Source: Octopus vulgaris
Lineage: Eukaryota
Direction: 5' to 3'
DNA: 64,000 bases
Assembly (NCBI GenBank): GCA_951406725.2
Contig: OX597840.1
Coordinates: 35,712,001-35,776,000, forward strand
The translations under genes were made by a program, and so were the position numbers. Below are positions 62,877 to 64,000 of the stretch, piece after piece. Under the pieces are notes generated by a model. The model saw only the letters and a list, made by a program, of their open reading frames with translations. It searched no databases and was not told the DNA's origin. Each line of letters starts with the position of its first letter. The first letter of the stretch is position 1.

Positions 62877-64000
62877 GTCTAACTGGTGATCTCTCTTATC
62901 GCCAGTCTACATTCCGCAAATAAAAATAAAAAAAAAAGGGTAAGCCGAGCTAGACGTGATTTGAACCCGGAAGGTACAGAGAGCTGACTAAATACCGATT
63001 TGTAAACACGCTTAAGGCAATTCCTTTGAAGATATGGTTGTATTTTGAACCTTACGCACAGGGTTTCCAACAGCACACTACTATTGTCTAAGGGGCAATT
63101 GTGATAATTCTTCTAATTTCGAAGCAAAGCCTACAATTTTCTGTGGAGAGTCGTTGTTCGATTACACGAATTCCAGTAATTCACTGGTGCTTATTTTATC
63201 AACACTGAAAAAAAAAAAAAAAATTAAAGGCATAGTAGACCTCAGCAGAATTTGAACACAGAATGCAAAGAACCAGAAGAAATGCCACTAAGCATTTTGT
63301 TCGATGCACTAACGATTCTATTTCAAGACAGTATGTCATTTTTTTTCTAATTTATGGCACGAGAAGACTGTGTCTATTTTGAATAAAGAACAAGAGTGGG
63401 TTGACAGCTCATGGCTAGGTACGATCGTAAATATTATCATAGGTATCCCTTTTACTCAGGAGAAAGGATATAAGACATTACGAAGAGTCAATTTGATAGA
63501 AGTAACTATCTATAAAAAAGAGGCAGGTTAAATCATGATGTTAATTATCAGTTAAAGGGGCAAGACAAGAGGAAACTTAAGATGCTAATACAGGGAAAAC
63601 TTATTAGAGGCACGACGGGGGAACGTTTATAAACAATATTGTTTTGTTGCATAAAAATAAAATTTAAGAATTCCAAAATGATATCATAACCGAAATAGCC
63701 AAAAGGTGAGTATGTATCAATTATAAACTTTAAAAAGGAAGATTATGTAGATTCAGTTTAATAGCCATTTTTGTGCTTAATTAACTAATTATTAGGTGGT
63801 TTCTGTAAAGACTGCTCAAGGCACTGACATATGGAGTGTCTGGAAAGATATACTTACTATCTTTTAATTTTATTAATTTTAAGCCTCGAATCGGAAGCGG
63901 GTTGTTGAGATAATGGTAATACACAGACATATTGGAACAAAAATTATAAAATCTAAAGTAAAAAAATATAAATACTCGAAAAATATGCGCTGATATAATT

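Noticed and set aside
62385-62923. Repetitive ORFs (GPCGSPRAMW / HMALGDPHG)
   Set aside because: By-products of the 20-bp minisatellite, whose unit length is not a stable multiple of 3.

Overview
Eukaryotic, AT-rich genomic DNA dense in microsatellites and SINEs. The repeat families look like those of octopus (coleoid cephalopod); this is inferred from recall, not searched. Two host genes can be reconstructed, both on the + strand and both from families involved in retinoid/carotenoid metabolism. (1) A 7-coding-exon classical short-chain dehydrogenase/reductase of the RDH11/12/13/14-like group (CDS 15285-27878, 1224 nt, 407 aa; all introns GT-AG and phase-consistent), ending in a ~95-aa acidic Glu/Lys/Pro/Ala/Thr tail. 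(2) A 2-coding-exon carotenoid cleavage oxygenase (BCO/RPE65/NinaB superfamily; 54573-57512, 530 aa). It keeps all four iron-ligand His, lacks the PDPCK motif, and has an apparent N-terminal signal peptide plus seven N-glycosylation sequons. A duplicated splice acceptor could give it an alternative N-terminus. The rest is mobile DNA: four SINE families, R4/Dong-like LINEs sitting in (TAA)n tracts, CR1-, RTE- and Tx1/L1-like LINE fragments, a non-autonomous Helitron, hAT- and piggyBac-type MITEs, a Tc1/mariner fragment, Penelope-type minimal hammerhead motifs and a long fold-back element. Most ORFs in the supplied track are translations of microsatellites or SINEs. Repeat boundaries were read by eye and are approximate.
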